Origin: an uncultured virus (IMG/VR IMGVR_UViG_3300043468_001049)
Lineage: Duplodnaviria > Heunggongvirae > Uroviricota > Caudoviricetes
Length of the DNA: 64,000 bases
Strand: one strand, 5' to 3'
IMG/VR virus record: IMGVR_UViG_3300043468_001049
Shown here: piece by piece, positions 58,471 through 64,000 of the stretch
Layout of the letters: each line of letters opens with the position of its first letter
How positions within the stretch are numbered: the stretch's first letter is position 1
Made by a program: the position numbers and the translations under genes
Notes under the pieces: generated by a model
Seen by the model: only the letters and a program-made list of their open reading frames with translations
Databases searched by the model: none
What the model was told of the DNA's origin: nothing

Positions 58471-59477
58471 TGTTTTCAAACGTTCATTTTTATCATCGTA
58501 TTACTCGAAAAATGGTTGTGGCATTCGGCACACTTTTTAATAATATTCGTTTGGTGCGCTATAATAAAGCAGGCACAACTGAGATTGAAAGAATTGTTGT
58601 GCCACTACAATATGCCCAAAAAGAAAAGTTTTATCAACGCATCACACAAGATCCTGAATTAACAAAAGAAGTTCAAATGACTCTCCCAAGAATGAGTTTT
58701 GAACTAACTGCAATTACATATGATCCAAGTAGAAAACGAAATTTATTTTCTGAAAGTTTTTCTGCTGAGTCAAACACAACAGTTAAGATTGTACGAACAA
58801 CACCATATAATTTTGAATTTACTTTATACATATATGTTCGTAATACAGAAGATGGAACGCAAATTGTTGAGCAAATTCTTCCATACTTTAATCCCGATTA
58901 TAATTTAACACTAGACATGGTTGGTCTTGCAGATCAAAAAGTTGATGTGCCATTCATTCTTCAAAATATCAATTACAACGTTGAAGATATTGGAGACGGA
59001 GAAACAACACGTGTTCTTGTATGGAGTTTAACATTTACTGCTAAAGGTTATATGTTTGGTCCAATTACATCTGCAAATGTTATTCGCAAAGTTACTGCAA
59101 ATACATACAATATGGTCACAGCAGATACTCAAGAATCTCAGCGTTTGCTGTATACTGCGAACACTGGCTTTGGAACATTTAAAATTGGTGAGTTGGTATA
59201 TCAAGGTGAGAGTTTATCAGCAGCAAACTCAACTGCATTTGTTGATGCTTGGGATCCAACATCATATAGATTAGTTGTCTCTGATGTTGCAGGAGTTTTG
59301 AAAGTTGGTCAAAATATAACTGGTGCAATTTCTAATGCATCGTATAATTTAACTTCATTTGGAGTAAATGATTATCAACTATTTAAACTTCAAATTACTC
59401 CAGATCCAACAACAGCAAATGCTCAAACTGCATTTGGGTTTGACGAAATTATTCAATATGCACCAAATATAACATGA
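58470..59477 (+). CDS. 15: tail sheath stabiliser/terminator gp15
   Basis: FYH...RK.VVAFGTLFNNI, VPL.YA.KEK, LPRMSFE, QI.EQILPYF.P. Confidence 0.93.
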   Translation: MFSNVHFYHRITRKMVVAFGTLFNNIRLVRYNKAGTTEIERIVVPLQYAQKEKFYQRITQDPELTKEVQMTLPRMSFELTAITYDPSRKRNLFSESFSAESNTTVKIVRTTPYNFEFTLYIYVRNTEDGTQIVEQILPYFNPDYNLTLDMVGLADQKVDVPFILQNINYNVEDIGDGETTRVLVWSLTFTAKGYMFGPITSANVIRKVTANTYNMVTADTQESQRLLYTANTGFGTFKIGELVYQGESLSAANSTAFVDAWDPTSYRLVVSDVAGVLKVGQNITGAISNASYNLTSFGVNDYQLFKLQITPDPTTANAQTAFGFDEIIQYAPNIT

Positions 59478-59890
59478 GTAAAATTGATCATAATTTATCT
59501 GAAGTTTTAAACACTGATTATATCCCCGTAATAGCTGAGGAACATAAAAGTGTTACTATTCATGAGCCAGACAGATCAGCTGATAATCCTGACGCTGACT
59601 ATTCTCGGGCTAATTATTACAATCTTATCGAAAAGGGTAATGAGGCTTTGGACGGCATTCTTGAAGTGGCGAAAGAATCGCAGCACCCAAGAGCGTATGA
59701 AGTAGCAGCAAACATGATCAAAAATCTCTCTGACGTTACAGAGAAATTGATGATTCTACAAAAGCAGCAACAAGAACTTCAACCAAAAGAATCAGCAGCA
59801 TCAACTAATATCAATGTAGACAAAGCAGTGTTCGTTGGCAGCACCGCTGAGTTATTGCGACAATTAAAGAATGAATCAAATAGCGGCTAA
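59474..59890 (+). CDS. 16: terminase small subunit gp16
   Basis: DY.R.NYY.LIEKG.EA, HPRAYEVA, FVGSTAEL. Confidence 0.92.
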   Translation: MSKIDHNLSEVLNTDYIPVIAEEHKSVTIHEPDRSADNPDADYSRANYYNLIEKGNEALDGILEVAKESQHPRAYEVAANMIKNLSDVTEKLMILQKQQQELQPKESAASTNINVDKAVFVGSTAELLRQLKNESNSG

Positions 59891-61505
59891 ACTGAAGCAT
59901 TATCTTGGCAATCCCAAGCTGAAGCGAGTTAACATGGCGATGAATCTTACGGAGGATCAAATCCGTGAGTTCGTCAAATGCGCTCAAGATCCAACATACT
60001 TTATCGAAAACTATGTTAAGATCATTACACTTGATAAAGGTTTCGTTCAGATTGAACTTTATCCGTTTCAAAAACAAGTTGTTACTGATATTAACGAAAA
60101 TCGTCGCGTGATTGTAAAGGCAGGTCGTCAGGTTGGTAAGACGACGATCATTGTAGGTTATATCCTTTGGTACATTCTATTCAATCAAGATAAAACTGTT
60201 GCGATTCTTGCGAACAAAGCCAGTACGTCAAGAGAAATTCTTGCTCGCATTAAACTCGCATATGAAGCATTGCCAATGTGGATTCAGCAAGGTGTGAAGG
60301 TTTGGAACAAAGGTGACATTGAACTTGAAAATGGATGTCGTGTGATTGCTAATTCAACTGCCTCTAGCGCAATTCGTGGTTTTTCTATTTCGCTTCTATA
60401 CCTTGACGAATTTGCATTCGTTCCAAGTAATATTGCCGAAGAATTTTTTACATCTGTTTATCCAACGATTTCTTCTGGTACGACTTCGAAGATTTTAATT
60501 TCTTCAACGCCAAATGGCATGAATCACTTTTATAAAATGTGGACCGAAGCCGTTGAAGGTCAAAATGGATTTACACACTGTGAAGCGAACTGGCGTCAAG
60601 TTCCAGGGAGAACTCAACAATGGGCAGATGAACAACGTCGCGTTCTTGGTGAACAAAAGTTTCTTCAGGAAATGGAATGCGAATTTATGGGTTCATCAGG
60701 AACTCTACTTTCAGCCGCTGCACTTAAATCTCTTGCGTTCGTGAAACCATTACATCTAACTGAAAATGGAATTAAGATTTATCAAGCACCGATCCCTCAG
60801 CATAATTATATGATAGTTGCAGACACCTCTCGCGGAAAAGGATTGGACTATTCCGCATTTAGTGTTATAGATGTTACAAGTATTCCTTATCGTCAGGTTT
60901 GTACATATAAAGATAATAATATAAGCCCTCTTGTGTATCCATCAATCATTAAACGCATGGGCGATTACTATAATCAGGCTTATGTTCTTGTTGAAATTAA
61001 TGACAATGGGCAGCAGGTAGTTGATTCTTTATTCGAAGATTATGAATATGAAAATATTCTTTCGACCGTTGATATAAAGGGGAAAACTGCAGTTACATGG
61101 GGCTATGGAAATAAATCATATCGTGGAATTCGAACGACGAAATCTGTCAAACGTTTGGGTTGCTCATTGATGAAAAACTTGATTGAGGGTGAGAAACTCA
61201 TTGTTCAAGATTTCGAAACAATCTCAGAGCTCTCAACTTTTATTTCGAAAGGAACGAGTTTTGAATCGGAAGAAGGAAGTCATGACGATTTAGTGATGAC
61301 TCTTGTTCTCTTTTCATGGATGACGAATCAACAATTTTTTGCTGACATGACGAATACTGACATACGACTTCGACTTCATGAAGAACAAATGAAACAGATC
61401 GAAGAGGAGTCTCTGCCCACATTTTTGGCTGGACATGTTGATGTCGACGAGGGTGATAACAGATTTGTCTCAGATGGATCAGTTTGGGATGTCGTAAATC
61501 GTTAA
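59871..61505 (+). CDS. 17: terminase large subunit gp17
   Basis: RQVGKTT Walker A, YLDEFAF Walker B, STPNG.NHFY, HDDLVM. Confidence 0.97.
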   Translation: MNQIAAKLKHYLGNPKLKRVNMAMNLTEDQIREFVKCAQDPTYFIENYVKIITLDKGFVQIELYPFQKQVVTDINENRRVIVKAGRQVGKTTIIVGYILWYILFNQDKTVAILANKASTSREILARIKLAYEALPMWIQQGVKVWNKGDIELENGCRVIANSTASSAIRGFSISLLYLDEFAFVPSNIAEEFFTSVYPTISSGTTSKILISSTPNGMNHFYKMWTEAVEGQNGFTHCEANWRQVPGRTQQWADEQRRVLGEQKFLQEMECEFMGSSGTLLSAAALKSLAFVKPLHLTENGIKIYQAPIPQHNYMIVADTSRGKGLDYSAFSVIDVTSIPYRQVCTYKDNNISPLVYPSIIKRMGDYYNQAYVLVEINDNGQQVVDSLFEDYEYENILSTVDIKGKTAVTWGYGNKSYRGIRTTKSVKRLGCSLMKNLIEGEKLIVQDFETISELSTFISKGTSFESEEGSHDDLVMTLVLFSWMTNQQFFADMTNTDIRLRLHEEQMKQIEEESLPTFLAGHVDVDEGDNRFVSDGSVWDVVNR

Positions 61506-61567
61506 AATCCTCCTTTTACTAAATATTCAGTAGATTTCTTAATTCTCCATTCATAGGAGCATAAAAC

Positions 61568-63277
61568 ATGGCTTTTCAAGTATCTCCTGGTGTTGTTACA
61601 TCTGAAGTTGATTTAACAACAGTCGTTCCAGCGGTTGCAACAACGACTGGTGCGTTTTGCGGTAATTTTAATTGGGGTCCAGCCGAAATTGCAATTGCAG
61701 TTTCCGACGAAAACAAACTGGTTGAGTTTTTCGGCAAACCAGACAATAATACAGCAGTTTCATTCTATACAGCTGCAAATTTCTTGTCATATGGCAGTGA
61801 CCTTCGCGTAGTTCGTGCAGTTAATGGAATAAACACTAATACTGCAGTTTCGAACTCAAGTTCAAATGTTCTCATCAAGAACGATGAAACATACTTCAAC
61901 ACCTACTACAACTCAAACAGTGCAACAGTTGGTGCATGGGCTGCACGTTATGCTGGCGCAAGGGGAAACTCTCTAAAGATTTCTGTTTGGGCAAATACAA
62001 ATACATCACTATTCTCTGCTTGGGCATATGCTCCATATTTCTCAAGTGCTCCAGGAACATCTACTTACGCTTCAAGTGTCGGTGGTTCAAACGACGAACT
62101 TCACGTTATCGTTGTTGACGAAGATGGATTGTTTACAGGAACTCAAAATACGGTTCTTGAAGTTTATCCATTCCTATCAAAAGCATCTGATGCCAAGGAT
62201 AGCGTTGGTAACTCAAACTACTATCGCGACGTAATCTATCGTCAATCAAAATACGTCCACTGGACAGATCACCCAGATACTGTAAACACTTCAGCAACAT
62301 GGGGTAAGAGTGCAACCAACAGAGCATTTAGCGATCTAGTCAATGTTACTGGTCTACACACAATATCTCTTGTGAACGGTACTGATGGTTATCCAGTTGC
62401 TGGAAACGTTCAAACAGGATATTCTAAGTTTGTGAATCCTGAAGAAATTGATGTATCATTAATTCTAACAGGCGATCACTCACCTGCAACGGTTCTCTAC
62501 GCAATTCAAACTGTCGCTGAAGCAAGAAAAGACGCAGTAGCATTCGTTTCACCAACACTCGCTAACTGCCAATCAACAACAGCAACAGACGATATCGTAA
62601 ATTATCGTAAGAATGCTCTTGCAAATGTCAGCTCTTCATACGCAGTGATGGATAGTGGTTGGAAGTATCAATACGACAAGTACAACGATGTTTATCGTTG
62701 GATTCCATTGAACGGTGATATTGGTGGTATTTGCGCAAGAACTGACGCTGTTCGTGACCCATGGTTCTCACCAGCAGGATCTGCTCGTGGTCAAGTCAAG
62801 AATATCGTAAAACTTGCTTACTATCCAACTTCAACACAACGCGACACTCTTTATAAGAATGCGATCAACCCAGTTGTAAGTTTCCCAGGAGAAGGAACGA
62901 TTCTCTTCGGCGATAAGACAATGCTTGGTAAGCCAAGTGCTTTTGATCGTATTAATGTTCGTCGCTTGTTTATTGTTCTAGAAAAAGCAATTGCGATCGC
63001 TGCACGTTCAAGCCTCTTCGAATTCAATGATGAATTTACAAGAGCACAGTTTGTCTCGCTTGTTGAGCCATTCTTGAGAACGGTTAAGGGTCGTCGCGGT
63101 ATCTTTGATTATCGCGTGGTTTGCGACACAACGAACAATACTCCAGAAGTCATTGACCGTAATGAGTTTATTGGAGATATCTACGTTAAACCAGCTAGAA
63201 GCATTAACTTTATCCAGTTGAACTTTGTCGCTGTAAGAACTGGCGTAGCCTTCGAGGAAATCGTTGGTAGAGCCTAA
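61568..63277 (+). CDS. 18: tail sheath protein gp18
   Basis: SPGV...EVDLT, WFSPAG..RG, GDKT.....SAFDRINVRRLF, KPARSINFI. Confidence 0.97.
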   Translation: MAFQVSPGVVTSEVDLTTVVPAVATTTGAFCGNFNWGPAEIAIAVSDENKLVEFFGKPDNNTAVSFYTAANFLSYGSDLRVVRAVNGINTNTAVSNSSSNVLIKNDETYFNTYYNSNSATVGAWAARYAGARGNSLKISVWANTNTSLFSAWAYAPYFSSAPGTSTYASSVGGSNDELHVIVVDEDGLFTGTQNTVLEVYPFLSKASDAKDSVGNSNYYRDVIYRQSKYVHWTDHPDTVNTSATWGKSATNRAFSDLVNVTGLHTISLVNGTDGYPVAGNVQTGYSKFVNPEEIDVSLILTGDHSPATVLYAIQTVAEARKDAVAFVSPTLANCQSTTATDDIVNYRKNALANVSSSYAVMDSGWKYQYDKYNDVYRWIPLNGDIGGICARTDAVRDPWFSPAGSARGQVKNIVKLAYYPTSTQRDTLYKNAINPVVSFPGEGTILFGDKTMLGKPSAFDRINVRRLFIVLEKAIAIAARSSLFEFNDEFTRAQFVSLVEPFLRTVKGRRGIFDYRVVCDTTNNTPEVIDRNEFIGDIYVKPARSINFIQLNFVAVRTGVAFEEIVGRA

Positions 63278-63319
63278 TCTAACGAAGATAAATAGATAAA
63301 GTTTCAGGAGAAATAAACA

Positions 63320-63829
63320 ATGCCATTTAATATTTCAGAATTTACTTCTACATTTACTGGTGATGGCGCACGTCCTAATCTGTTTGAGGTTCAAATCAAC
63401 AGATTAGGACCAAACTTTAACTTCTTGTGTAAAGCAGCGCAGTTGCCAGGTTCAACAGTTGGACTCGTTGAAGTTCCATACTTTGGACGTAATGTGAAAT
63501 ATGCTGGTAACAGAACATTTGCTGATTGGACTGTAACGATCCTCAATGATGAAGACTTTGCAATTCGCAATGCTCTTGAGTTGTTGATGCAAGATATTAA
63601 CAGTCACGAAGATAACTTGGCTGCTGTTCTAGCAGACGGTTATCAATTCGACGCGCTTGTGACTCAATATTCAAAAGTTGGTGCAATTATTAAAGAATAT
63701 CAATTTAGAGGAATGTTCCCAATTGATATTTCACCAATTGAATTGGATTGGGGCGCAAACGACACGATTGAAGAGTACCAAGTTACATTTGCATACCAGT
63801 ACTGGACTTCAGCAAGCAGCGCAACCTAA
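63320..63829 (+). CDS. 19: tail tube protein gp19
   Basis: GARPNLFEV, CKAAQLPGS, AGNRTF.DWTVT..NDEDF, FP..IS.I.LDW, F.YQYW. Confidence 0.95.
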   Translation: MPFNISEFTSTFTGDGARPNLFEVQINRLGPNFNFLCKAAQLPGSTVGLVEVPYFGRNVKYAGNRTFADWTVTILNDEDFAIRNALELLMQDINSHEDNLAAVLADGYQFDALVTQYSKVGAIIKEYQFRGMFPIDISPIELDWGANDTIEEYQVTFAYQYWTSASSAT

Positions 63830-63841
63830 TAGGAGGTCGCT

Positions 63842-64000
63842 ATGAGTTTCTTTAAGAGTCTTGTACGTCGTGTAAAGCGTACTGTAAAAGCACAAGTAAC
63901 ATCACAAGTTACTGGGTTTGTTGGAAGAGCAGCATCTAGTGTTACCAGTGCAGCAACATCTAGAGTGACGGGTGCTGTGAATTCTAGAATTGGCGGCACA
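63842..64000 (+). CDS. partial ORF running off the window end
   Basis: AGGAGG RBS at 63831 then MSFFKSLVRRVKRTVKAQ..., open to the end. Confidence 0.7.
   Translation, partial: MSFFKSLVRRVKRTVKAQVTSQVTGFVGRAASSVTSAATSRVTGAVNSRIGGT

Noticed and set aside
59871..63277. Introns, inteins or homing endonucleases in terminase or sheath genes
   Set aside because: The ORFs are continuous and of ordinary length, with no LAGLIDADG, HNH or GIY-YIG motifs noticed

Overview
This 64 kb window is from a T4-like (Tevenvirinae/cyanophage-type) myovirus genome. The host is probably a proteobacterium, inferred from the AhpC/AhpD and tmRNA-tag style. Bases 1-11.7 kb hold early/auxiliary and replication genes: a DenV-like glycosylase, a HAD protein, PhoH, an exonuclease, a redox cluster (AhpC, EF-hand protein, rubredoxin, AhpD, CDGSH-like protein), a circularly permuted two-piece tmRNA gene, a SleB-type hydrolase, GuaC, gp33, gp59 and gp32. 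Bases 11.8-35 kb hold the baseplate and head-completion module (gp51, 26, 54, 2, 4, 48, 53, hub, 5, 25, 6, 7, 8 and DUF4815-type proteins). Bases 35-56.8 kb are a fibre region with Ala/Asn heptad-repeat proteins, a collagen/beta-helix fibre and a mirror-symmetric repeat protein, interleaved with 2OG-Fe(II) oxygenase and glycosyltransferase genes. Bases 56.8-64 kb hold gp13-gp19. The most notable items are the permuted tmRNA, the candidate hairpin-stalk adhesin with its hydroxylase/GT60 operon, and an OxyR-like box upstream of the redox cluster, which includes small ORFs missing from the ORF track. All family assignments are from motif recognition by eye, not database searches.
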